From Nitrospinales bacterium (GTDB lineage: Bacteria > Nitrospinota > Nitrospinia > Nitrospinales > JAJDAT01): a stretch of 16,621 nucleotides of DNA. Below, one piece after another: positions 6,675 through 14,991 of this stretch. Position 1 is the first letter of the stretch. Every line of letters begins with the position of its first letter. The notes below the pieces were generated by a model. The model was given only the letters and a program-made list of their open reading frames with translations. It did not search any database and was not told the origin of the DNA. The DNA lies in assembly GCA_046757665.1 (NCBI GenBank), contig JBHHYO010000061.1:1-16621 (forward strand), given 5' to 3'. Position numbers and translations under genes: made by a program.

Positions 6675-6956
6675 TTATGATTCAAATTTTTTCCTTCGCC
6701 GCAGGATTTGACTCGTCCCGGCGTGAACCAGCATGGCGCATTCAAAGGGGTAGGTGCGGCAGACGTTGACGAACTCCCGCATTGCCTGGTCCTTGGCCTC
6801 CGGCTCGTCGGCGGCTTCGGCCTTGAACTCCCACGCGCCGCTCAGGGTGGGGATTTTTTCCATGCCGTGCTCCTCGAGGCGGAGGGCGATTTCCCTGGCG
6901 GCCTCTTCCGTGATGTTTTTGAATTCCGCGACAATCAAAACATTGTAGGTGGACAT
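6675..6956 (-). CDS. Hypothetical protein, 93 aa
   Basis: Strong GAGGGAG ribosome-binding site before the ATG, GC-rich third positions like neighbouring genes, and it fills the gap co-directionally upstream of maf. Confidence 0.8.
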   Translation of the reverse strand: MSTYNVLIVAEFKNITEEAAREIALRLEEHGMEKIPTLSGAWEFKAEAADEPEAKDQAMREFVNVCRTYPFECAMLVHAGTSQILRRRKKFES

Positions 6957-7025
6957 AGCTCCCTCGCCGAACGGTTTTCATGTGGGGACCGATTTTAACC
7001 CAAATCCGCCGAATCGGAAATAGCG

Positions 7026-7054
7026 TTTGAATCGCGGCGGCGGTGCGGTATGAT
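7026..7054 (+). promoter_or_regulatory. Putative sigma70 promoter for the glycan cluster
   Basis: TTGAAT (7027-7032)-N16-TATGAT (7049-7054), in the divergent intergenic region. Confidence 0.5.
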
Positions 7055-7135
7055 GTTTATCGCGCATCCGGACGGGCCTCTTTCCCGATGGGTTGCGGAC
7101 CGCATGACCAACACGCCATATCAGACAGGTTTTCC

Positions 7136-8632
7136 TTGCCCTTATTTCGACGCTTCATAGTCAACATCTCCTGGAATGTCCTGGGGAAAGTTTGTACGCA
7201 AATCGCGTTTTTCGCTGTTTCCGTTTTGCTGGCGCGCTATTTGGGGAAGGAGCGTTTGGGTATTTATGCCACTGTTTTGGTTATTCCCGCCTTTGTCCGG
7301 CTTCTGAGTTCATTGGGATTGGAAACGGTGCTGAACAAAAATTTTCCGAAGCTGGAGGTTCTCGACCCGACGCATGGCCAGGGACGGTATTTGTTGCAAC
7401 GCCTTCTGGCGTTACGGGCGCTTGCCACCGTGGTATTTGGTTTTCTTCTTTATGCCCTGTTGCCGTTTTATTTCGAGCTGATTCACATGCCGGAACTGAT
7501 CGTTTACCGTCCGGCGATTATTTTTTATTTTATCGTCATCAATTTCAATTCCCTGTTGAGTACGCTTTTTATGACTCTGTTGCGCTACAAGGTCACGTCG
7601 ATTCTCGAAACGGCCAACGGAATCCTCAATCTGGTTTTGCTGGTTGTGTTTATCGAGTTGGATTGGGGAATCGCCGCCGTGCTGTATGCGTATATTTTTT
7701 CCACGGCCCTTATAGTAGGCGTGTATTGTGTTTTGGCGGCGCCGTATGCGGCGGGGCCGACGCAAATCATGGAAAAGGACGACTCCTGGCGCCTGGCGCG
7801 GGTTTCCTATGTGGTCGGCCTGTTCAGCTTTGGCCTGATGATCCAAAGCGACATTGTGTTGATGAATTATTTTGAAGTGGACACGGCGCGTGTTGGATAT
7901 TACCACCTGGCCATGGGACTTGGCGGCATGTTGGGATTTTTTTTAACGGGCATCGGGCCGATGGCGATGTCCATTTTCTCCGAGACCTTCACGCAGGAGT
8001 CTCATGCCGGGTTGTCCCGGGCATGGAGTCAAATCGTCGGGTTTACGGTTTTCTGTACCGTTCCCATTTATTTGTTTGCCTTGATCAACGCCGAAAGGCT
8101 GATTACCTTCATTTACGGCGATTCGTTCGTGGAGGCGGGGCGGGTTTTGTCTGCCTATTTGATTTTTGTTTTGCTTGGCACGGTGATGGGAAGCGGGTTT
8201 TCGGCCTCGACCTTGTATGTTCTCGGCAGGAGGGATGTTCCTTTAAGAGCCACCATTGAAGGCAGTATTTTGAACATTGCGTTGAACCTGGTCCTCATTC
8301 CGCGCTACCAGGAACTCGGAGCGGTGATTGCAACGGGCTCGATCATGGTTTACATGGCCTGCCGTCAACTTTATTGCATCAATAAATACCTGGATATCCG
8401 GGCGATGCCGCCCCTGGTCGGGAAATATCTTGTTTTTGCGCTGGCGGCGCTGGCGCCGGCGGAACTCATTGCGCGCCTGTGGATGGACAATCTGTTTTTA
8501 AACCTGGCGGTTTACATCATCACCTTTCTGGGATTGCTGGTGTGGATAAAACCTGTCAGCCGGGACCAATCGAAACTGGTGATGGACGTTTTTCCTTTTC
8601 TGGAGCCGGGATTGAAATATTTTGTCCGGTAG
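7136..8632 (+). CDS. Wzx/MOP-family oligosaccharide flippase
   Basis: Polytopic membrane protein with NISWNVLGK...LLARYLGKERLGIYA, D..LM.....VGYY.LA and LNIALNLVLIPRY...GAVIAT motifs. Start placed at in-frame TTG 7136 (CAGGT upstream), because the ORF-track GTG 7043 lies inside the promoter. ATG 7088 is an alternative. Confidence 0.88.
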   Translation: MPLFRRFIVNISWNVLGKVCTQIAFFAVSVLLARYLGKERLGIYATVLVIPAFVRLLSSLGLETVLNKNFPKLEVLDPTHGQGRYLLQRLLALRALATVVFGFLLYALLPFYFELIHMPELIVYRPAIIFYFIVINFNSLLSTLFMTLLRYKVTSILETANGILNLVLLVVFIELDWGIAAVLYAYIFSTALIVGVYCVLAAPYAAGPTQIMEKDDSWRLARVSYVVGLFSFGLMIQSDIVLMNYFEVDTARVGYYHLAMGLGGMLGFFLTGIGPMAMSIFSETFTQESHAGLSRAWSQIVGFTVFCTVPIYLFALINAERLITFIYGDSFVEAGRVLSAYLIFVLLGTVMGSGFSASTLYVLGRRDVPLRATIEGSILNIALNLVLIPRYQELGAVIATGSIMVYMACRQLYCINKYLDIRAMPPLVGKYLVFALAALAPAELIARLWMDNLFLNLAVYIITFLGLLVWIKPVSRDQSKLVMDVFPFLEPGLKYFVR

Positions 8633-8715
8633 GGAGGAAATTGACGGGTTTTTCAAAATCGGGTTTGGTACCATAATGGCCGGCGGCTGTCTTCCTCTTT
8701 GTCAAAGGATGCGAT

Positions 8716-9747
8716 ATGTTTGAATTTTGCGGCAAGATGCTTGGCGACGATCATCCGCCCCTGATCGTGGCGGAAATTGGCTTTAACCATAACGGCGACG
8801 TCAACTTGGCCAAAAAAATGATGCGCGCCGCCGCGGAACACGGCGCGGACGCGGTCAAGTTTCAAACGTTCGTCGGTGAAAAGCTGGTATCCAAACTGCA
8901 TACGGGAGACGACCCGGACCATCCCGGCAATGAAATCCCCGTTTACGAGTTTTACAAGCGCTACGAATTGAAGCGGAACGAATATGAGGAATTGTTTGCC
9001 CTGGGCCACGAACTGGACCTCCCGGTTTTTTCCACGCCGTTTGACGAAGAATCGCTGAACATGCTGGTGGAGCTGGGCCTGCCGGCGGTCAAGGTCGCTT
9101 CCTGCGACCTGACGAACCTGCCGTTCCTGAAATCCGTCGCGCAAAAGAATATTCCGGTGGTTGTGTCCTCCGGAATGGGCTCCCTGGGAGAAACCGAAGC
9201 CGCGCTGGACACGATACGCGGCGAGGGCAACGAGCAGATTATCCTGTTGCACTGTGTTTCCAATTACCCGGCCCGGCACGAGGAAATGAACTTGTTGTGT
9301 CTGCCGAACCTGGAGGCCGTTTTCGATGTTCCCGTCGGTTTGTCGGACCACAGCATGGACAACTTGTCCGCCATCGTCGCGGCGGCGCTGGGAGCGGTAA
9401 TGATCGAAAAACATTTTACAACCGATCGCGGTCTGCCGGGCGTGGATCAATCCACCTCCCTGGAACCCGGCGATTTGAAGGCGTTAAAGCAAGCGACGTC
9501 GCAGGTGCAAAAAATTTTGGGCGACGGCATCAAGCGCGCCCAGCCTTCCGAGGTACCGGTCAAGGCCGCGCGCAGAAGCTTGGTGGCAACGGTCGATATC
9601 CCGTCCGGCGCCGTCATCACCCGCGAGATGATCGCCCTGAAAAGGCCCGGGACGGGAATTTCGCCCGCATACCTGGAACGGGTGCTGGGCCGGAAGGCGA
9701 AGACCGCCATATCCGCCGAGCAGGTGATTTCCTGGGAGATGATTTAG
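8716..9747 (+). CDS. N-acetylneuraminate synthase family protein (NeuB/LegI/SpsE-type nonulosonate synthase) with C-terminal SAF/AFP-like domain
   Basis: AEIGFNHNGD, GADAVKFQ, FSTPFD, KVAS.DLTN, LLHCVSNYP, GLSDHS, IEKHFT and RRSLVA...KRPGTGISP. AAAGGA ribosome-binding site. Confidence 0.95.
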   Translation: MFEFCGKMLGDDHPPLIVAEIGFNHNGDVNLAKKMMRAAAEHGADAVKFQTFVGEKLVSKLHTGDDPDHPGNEIPVYEFYKRYELKRNEYEELFALGHELDLPVFSTPFDEESLNMLVELGLPAVKVASCDLTNLPFLKSVAQKNIPVVVSSGMGSLGETEAALDTIRGEGNEQIILLHCVSNYPARHEEMNLLCLPNLEAVFDVPVGLSDHSMDNLSAIVAAALGAVMIEKHFTTDRGLPGVDQSTSLEPGDLKALKQATSQVQKILGDGIKRAQPSEVPVKAARRSLVATVDIPSGAVITREMIALKRPGTGISPAYLERVLGRKAKTAISAEQVISWEMI

Positions 9748-9791
9748 CTGTTGCCGTTTACCTGCGTCCATAAACCTTTTTCCTGAAACAA

Positions 9792-10958
9792 ATGGCCGAA
9801 CCGTTTTTATCATTCTGCAAAGCCTCCCTTTCTAAAGAAGAAATCGAGGCCGTCACAAAAGTCATAGAATCCGGATGGCTCACCACGGGACCCAACGTCG
9901 CCGCGTTTGAGTCCGAATTTGGCGTTTATGTCGGCAGTAAACATGCCATCGCCTTGAACTCTTGTACCGGCGGGCTTCACTGCTCATTGCTGGCCATCGG
10001 GGTGAAACCCGGAGATGAAGTCATCACAACGCCCTTGACGTTTGTGGCAACGGGTCATGTGATCGTTTGGGTGGGAGCCAGGCCGGTGTTTGCCGATATC
10101 GACCCCGTGACCTGGAACATCGATCCGGAAAATATAGAACGAGCGATAACCCCCAGGACGAAGGCGATTCTCCCGGTTCATTTTGCCGGGTTGCCATGCG
10201 ATATGGACTCGATCCTGGCCATCGGCCGCAAGCATGGCATTCCGGTCATCGAAGACGCGGCCCACGCCCTGGGGTCGGAGCTGAATGGAAAAAAAATCGG
10301 TGTTTTCGGCGAAACAACCGTATTCAGTTTTTATCCTACTAAAAATATGACTTCCGGTGAGGGCGGCATGGTCACGACGGATGATGACGTCCTGGCCGAC
10401 CGCATCCGGAAACTCGCGTTTTTTGGAATCAACAAAGAGGTCTGGGAACGATATGGGAAAAAACAGTCCTGGCAGTATGATATAATTCTTCCGGGTTACA
10501 AATACAACATGTCCGACATTCACGCGGCCGTCGGCAGGGTGCAACTTAAAAAGCTGGAGGATTTTAATCGGCGGCGGAGGGAAATTGCCGAAACATTGAA
10601 AAACGGCCTGAAAGGATTGGAAGAATTTGTTTCTTTGCCTTCGGAAACCGCCGCGGCAAAACACAACTGGCATTTATTCCCTATTCTGCTGGATAAAACC
10701 AGGGCAGATCGCGGGGAATTTATTGAATACCTCCGGCAGTGCGGCATCGGCAGTAGCGTTCATTTTATCCCGCTTCATCTTTTCAGTTTTTATCAGGACA
10801 CGTTCGGTTTCAAGCGGGGAGATTTTCCTGTCGTCGAGCAGGTTTTTGAACGTATTGTTTCCATTCCGATCTACCCCTCGTTGTCGAGGCAAGAGGTTGA
10901 GAAAATCATTACCGTTGTTTATGCTTTTTTCGGCAAAAATCCGCAGGCCCAGGAGTGA
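9792..10958 (+). CDS. DegT/DnrJ/EryC1/StrS family PLP-dependent NDP-sugar aminotransferase (SpsC/ArnB/PseC-like)
   Basis: ESGWLTTGP, NSCTGGLH, GDEVITTPLTFVAT, IEDAAHA, SFYPTKNMTSGEGG (PLP lysine) and GYKYNMSD. Confidence 0.96.
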   Translation: MAEPFLSFCKASLSKEEIEAVTKVIESGWLTTGPNVAAFESEFGVYVGSKHAIALNSCTGGLHCSLLAIGVKPGDEVITTPLTFVATGHVIVWVGARPVFADIDPVTWNIDPENIERAITPRTKAILPVHFAGLPCDMDSILAIGRKHGIPVIEDAAHALGSELNGKKIGVFGETTVFSFYPTKNMTSGEGGMVTTDDDVLADRIRKLAFFGINKEVWERYGKKQSWQYDIILPGYKYNMSDIHAAVGRVQLKKLEDFNRRRREIAETLKNGLKGLEEFVSLPSETAAAKHNWHLFPILLDKTRADRGEFIEYLRQCGIGSSVHFIPLHLFSFYQDTFGFKRGDFPVVEQVFERIVSIPIYPSLSRQEVEKIITVVYAFFGKNPQAQE

Positions 10959-10961
10959 CGC

Positions 10962-11864
10962 ATGAATCAGCCAGAATCTACCACGGTCTATAAAACTATG
11001 CCGGTAGCGGAGTTTCCGCAACGCATCGAACTGGAACTGGTGAGCGACTGCAACCTGAAATGCGTTTATTGTCCGCGCCATTTTGTCAACGACCTGACGG
11101 GCTATCTGGATTTTGACCTTTTTAAACGGCTCATCGACGAAATGACTCCCTATCCGGGGATCACCCTGGTGTTGCACCGGCGGGGCGAGAGCCTGATGCA
11201 CCCACAGTTTGTTGAGATGTGCGAATACGTGAAGGGAAAATTCAAGGAGATTCAGATAGCCACCAACGTCACTCCGCTCAACAAGAAGAAGGCGCTGGCG
11301 ATTATCGAATCCATGCATTTTATTTCCTTCAGCATAGACACTCCGAAGCGTTTTGACATAACCCGGCTACCGGCAAAATATGAGTCGGTGGAAAACAAAA
11401 TACTGGAATTTCTGGAATTGAACGACAACCGCATTCAAACCCAGGTGTCGATGGTGAAAACCGCCGAGAGCCCGGCGGAAGATGTGGCCTGGTTCAAGGA
11501 AAAGTGGAAAGACAAAGTCAGCCGGGTGCGGATTTACCAGGAGCATTCCACGGATGGCAATTTCGGGTCCATCGTCGGCGGCCGCTTTCCGCGCAAGCCC
11601 TGCATGATGCCCAAATATGAGATGCTGATTTATTGCGACGGCAAGACCGGGCGTTGCAACCACGATTGGGACGGTCCGCCGATGGGAGACGTGACGGTAA
11701 ACACCATCCGCGAAATCTGGATGGGCGACACCTACGCGGACCTTCGTGAACAGCATCGTTCGCTGGATATCACTGATCCCGTCTGCTCCAAGTGCGATTC
11801 CTGGTACCCGGAACTCGGTGTCCAGGGGACGGGAGAAACGCTGGAAAGCATTTCCGGAAGTTAA
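10962..11864 (+). CDS. Radical SAM protein with C-terminal twitch/SPASM-type Fe-S domain
   Basis: CNLKCVYC (CX3CX2C, 11049-11072), RRGES at the GGE motif position, and ATN. C-terminal cysteines in PC...YCDGKTGRC...CSKC. Confidence 0.93.
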   Translation: MNQPESTTVYKTMPVAEFPQRIELELVSDCNLKCVYCPRHFVNDLTGYLDFDLFKRLIDEMTPYPGITLVLHRRGESLMHPQFVEMCEYVKGKFKEIQIATNVTPLNKKKALAIIESMHFISFSIDTPKRFDITRLPAKYESVENKILEFLELNDNRIQTQVSMVKTAESPAEDVAWFKEKWKDKVSRVRIYQEHSTDGNFGSIVGGRFPRKPCMMPKYEMLIYCDGKTGRCNHDWDGPPMGDVTVNTIREIWMGDTYADLREQHRSLDITDPVCSKCDSWYPELGVQGTGETLESISGS

Positions 11865-11869
11865 ACGAC

Positions 11870-13189
11870 ATGTTCGCAACGAAGCTTTTGCAAAAGAAGG
11901 TTGTGTCCGTTTGGGGGTTTGGTTATCTGGGCTATACGTCCGCTCTAAGGATGCAGGAGCATGGGTTTCACATCAAGATTTTCGATTTTTCCGCTCAACG
12001 CTTTGAGGCCTTCGAAAAAAACCGGTACCCCGGCATAGCGCAAAAAAACCACTGGTCCACCCGCTATTCCATTCCGGAACTCAACCGGGAAAAAATCACT
12101 TTTTGCACGGACCCGGGCCGCCTGTTCGACGACGACGACCGGATGCACATTATCGCCTTGCCCATGATGAGCATGGGGCCGGTCGGCGCAGGGGGCATAC
12201 TTGAAAACCTTTTGAAGATTTTTGTGAAACACCAAAAGCATCTTGATGAGGCCTTGATTCTGTTTCAATCGGTGGGTGTCCCAGGACAAATTGATGAATC
12301 GTTTTACCGGCCTTTAAAACAGGCCAATGCCAAATGCCGCATTGCTGTGGCTTTTCGTAGCGACTGGGTTCTGGAGGAGTTTTTGCAGGATTCCCGCACC
12401 CAGGTCATTGCCGGGAACGAGCCTGACGATCTGGAACAAACGCGGGCATTTTTTGATCTGGTTAAAACGCCTGTCGTTTCGCTGGGCTCGATCCAGGAGG
12501 CTGAAATATTTGAAAACGCCAAAAACGCCTTGAATTACGCGACAACGGCATTGATCAACCAAATGGCCTTGAGCTATCCGGATATTAATTTTCAGAGCAT
12601 CGTTCGATTGTTGCTTCAGGAGGTCGATCTTTCCACCTGCAAACTGAGCATCGGAGCGGGAGGCTACCGGATGCCCTTTTCCGTTGACGCTCTCTTGGCC
12701 GGTAGCAAGCTGTCCGAATGCCTCAGCATCTTGAAGGAAGCCGAAGCCGTAAACTTTTCCACGGTTTTGTGTTACAGCGAATATATGGCGCGAAAAGGGT
12801 TCAAGGAAGTGTTGGTTTTAGGGATTACCAACCGTGACAACCAGAAGGATTTTGTCGCCATTTCCCCTTCGTTGACTTTGGTCGAAACAATGCATAACAA
12901 GGGACTAAAAGTTTATGTGAATGATCCGCACTATTCCGCGGCGGAATTGGAACATCTGATCCCCTATGGCCGGCCGTTATCCCTTGAATCTCTGCCGCCC
13001 GGGCTGGACGCCATCATTGTCATGTCGGATCACAGTCAATACCGAGGTTTGTCCCAGGAACAGTTGGATTCCATTATCCATCCGAAAATCAAACTGATCA
13101 TCGACAACACCGGAATTTTTTCCAAGTACCATTTCCAACACGCCTGTTATCACCAGGTGGGTGACGGTAAAATCAATATCCTCAAATGA
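11870..13189 (+). CDS. UDP-glucose/GDP-mannose dehydrogenase family homologue, catalytic motifs divergent
   Basis: Rossmann motif VSVWGFGYLG, central helix (EAE...N...ALINQMA), GAGGY, and a C-terminal domain (VLVLG...SPS...DPH...DAIIVMSDH..Y, IIDNTG). Start placed at ATG 11870, 5 nt after the upstream stop. Confidence 0.8.
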   Translation: MFATKLLQKKVVSVWGFGYLGYTSALRMQEHGFHIKIFDFSAQRFEAFEKNRYPGIAQKNHWSTRYSIPELNREKITFCTDPGRLFDDDDRMHIIALPMMSMGPVGAGGILENLLKIFVKHQKHLDEALILFQSVGVPGQIDESFYRPLKQANAKCRIAVAFRSDWVLEEFLQDSRTQVIAGNEPDDLEQTRAFFDLVKTPVVSLGSIQEAEIFENAKNALNYATTALINQMALSYPDINFQSIVRLLLQEVDLSTCKLSIGAGGYRMPFSVDALLAGSKLSECLSILKEAEAVNFSTVLCYSEYMARKGFKEVLVLGITNRDNQKDFVAISPSLTLVETMHNKGLKVYVNDPHYSAAELEHLIPYGRPLSLESLPPGLDAIIVMSDHSQYRGLSQEQLDSIIHPKIKLIIDNTGIFSKYHFQHACYHQVGDGKINILK

Positions 13190-13246
13190 ATCGCCGGGAT
13201 TGCCGTTTTTGATTCCAATTGAAAAATCTCTTCATTCAATCAATCG

Positions 13247-13269
13247 CGTCCCCGGAACAACCGGGGACG
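13247..13269 (+). terminator. Strong intergenic stem-loop (possible terminator or mRNA-stabilising hairpin)
   Basis: CGTCCCCGG-AACAA-CCGGGGACG is a perfect 9-bp stem, followed by TTGTTG and ending 20 nt before the amidotransferase start. Confidence 0.5.
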
Positions 13270-13289
13270 TTGTTGCTGGTTGGTAATTT

Positions 13290-14951
13290 ATGTGCGGCAT
13301 AGCGGGCTTTCACTCATCCAATCCCACGTATGACGGTAACAACATCGTTGAACGGATGCTGGACAAGGTCCGTTACCGCGGGCCGGACCAAACCGGCATC
13401 GGTAAATACGGGGATACCACACTCGGTATGGTCCGGCTGAGCATTATCGACCGGGAAACGCACTCCATTCCCTATCAGGATGAACAGCAAAAGGTCTCCC
13501 TGATCTTCAACGGGGAAATCTACAACCATGACGCGATCCGATCCGTTTTGAAACGAAAATACCGTTTCAAAACATCGTCGGACGCGGAAACAATCCTCTA
13601 CAATTTTCTGTGCAAAGGGCTTTCCGCTTTTGATGAGTTGAACGGCATGTATGCCGTCGCTTTGCATGACCGGACGGAGAACGCCACCTATGTGGTTCGG
13701 GACAAGACGGGCGAGAAGCCTGTTTATTACACCATCGGCGCCGACTTCATTGCCTTTGCCAGCGAGATCAAATGTTTGTTGGAACTGGTGCCGCCGAAAA
13801 TAAATGAAAACGCCATTTGCTACCGGGCATATGAGTTTTGCGTTGGCAAGGAAACGTTGTTTGAAAATATTTTCCAGCTGGAACCCGGCGAGTACCTGAA
13901 GATTAAAGATGGGTCGCTGTCGCTTCATTCCTACTGGAAGGTGTGGGATCAATTAATCGAGATCAAGGATGATTTATCCCGGATTAAGAAAGACCTTTCC
14001 GAGTTGATTGAAGACGCCATAGTGCTCAGAACCAAAAACTGCGCGCATCAATACGGTTGCTTTATAAGCGGCGGTATCGACAGTGCGCTCACCGCCTGCA
14101 TCGCAAAGCCCGATTACCTGTATACCTGCCACTATGACGTCGGCGTCGATTTTGACGAATTGCCGTATGCCCAGGCCGTAGCAAAAAAGATCGGCAAGGA
14201 GCTTATCGTAGTCGAACCTGCGCCGGAAGACTTTCATCGTGTGCGGGAAAAGCTGGCCTACCATCTCGATACCCCCTGCACGTGGACCAGCTTCAGCTTG
14301 TGGATGCTGTTGGGACGAGCGCAAAAGAATATTAAAGTGATCATAACCGGCGACGGGGCGGACGAACTTTTCGCGGGCTACCACCGCTATCACCTACTCC
14401 ACCACGACCAGCAGATTCATAACCTGAAAGCCATGCAGGGTTATGCTTTTCTCATCGACAAATATTATGGTTCTCCAGTGGAACGCTACGCTAAACTGGT
14501 GAACCGGTCCGACAACCAGTTTGATCAGGAAGTGCATCAATATCTTAATGACAGCCTGAAATTTTATTTCGATAAATTCGGCAATGACGTTGTTCACGGC
14601 ATGGGGTTGAACGATTTTTATACCACCATGCAGGTTTTGTTGCAGATGTCCGACCGCACAAGCATGGCCTACTCTCTGGAGAACCGTTCGCCTTTTCTCG
14701 ATTACCGGTTGGTACAATATGCCTTCAGCCTGCCTTCCAAATACAAAATCAAGGACGGTGTGACGAAATGGATTCTTAAAGAGATTGCCGAAAAATTTAT
14801 TCCGGCAGAAATTGTCAAACGGGTGGATAAACGGGGTTTCAGCGCGCCCCTCAACCGCTGGTTCGGTTGGGACAAGCACGGAAAGTATGACCGTCGCATT
14901 TACCGGAAAATGGTTTTTGAGGACTGGAAAAAAACGTTTAAAGTGAAGTAG
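13290..14951 (+). CDS. Asparagine synthase (glutamine-hydrolysing)-like amidotransferase, probably glycan-modifying
   Basis: MCGIAG (N-terminal nucleophile Cys2), RGPD, RLSIID, NGEIYN, RDKTGEKP, SGGIDS, TGDGADELFAGY, R.PFLD and KRGF. The glycan role is inferred from context. Confidence 0.93.
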   Translation: MCGIAGFHSSNPTYDGNNIVERMLDKVRYRGPDQTGIGKYGDTTLGMVRLSIIDRETHSIPYQDEQQKVSLIFNGEIYNHDAIRSVLKRKYRFKTSSDAETILYNFLCKGLSAFDELNGMYAVALHDRTENATYVVRDKTGEKPVYYTIGADFIAFASEIKCLLELVPPKINENAICYRAYEFCVGKETLFENIFQLEPGEYLKIKDGSLSLHSYWKVWDQLIEIKDDLSRIKKDLSELIEDAIVLRTKNCAHQYGCFISGGIDSALTACIAKPDYLYTCHYDVGVDFDELPYAQAVAKKIGKELIVVEPAPEDFHRVREKLAYHLDTPCTWTSFSLWMLLGRAQKNIKVIITGDGADELFAGYHRYHLLHHDQQIHNLKAMQGYAFLIDKYYGSPVERYAKLVNRSDNQFDQEVHQYLNDSLKFYFDKFGNDVVHGMGLNDFYTTMQVLLQMSDRTSMAYSLENRSPFLDYRLVQYAFSLPSKYKIKDGVTKWILKEIAEKFIPAEIVKRVDKRGFSAPLNRWFGWDKHGKYDRRIYRKMVFEDWKKTFKVK

Positions 14952-14991
14952 CCGCGGGTTAACTTTTGAAAGCCCGCTCAGATCCGGTACT

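Noticed and set aside
7036-7050. GGCGGTGCGG resembling an ops/JUMPstart element before the glycan cluster
   Set aside because: It does not match GGCGGTAG and lies within the predicted promoter spacer, so it would not be transcribed.
8641-8677. Possible internal promoter before NeuB (TTGACG ... CATAAT)
   Set aside because: The spacing is 25 bp, and the alternative -35 at normal spacing (TTTTCA) is poor. Not supportable, although an internal promoter is not excluded.
8716-10958. Specific gene names pseI/pseC or legI/legC
   Set aside because: The motifs establish the families but not product stereochemistry. The synthase motif AEIGFNHNGD is not the typical PseI AELSANH, so no symbol was assigned.
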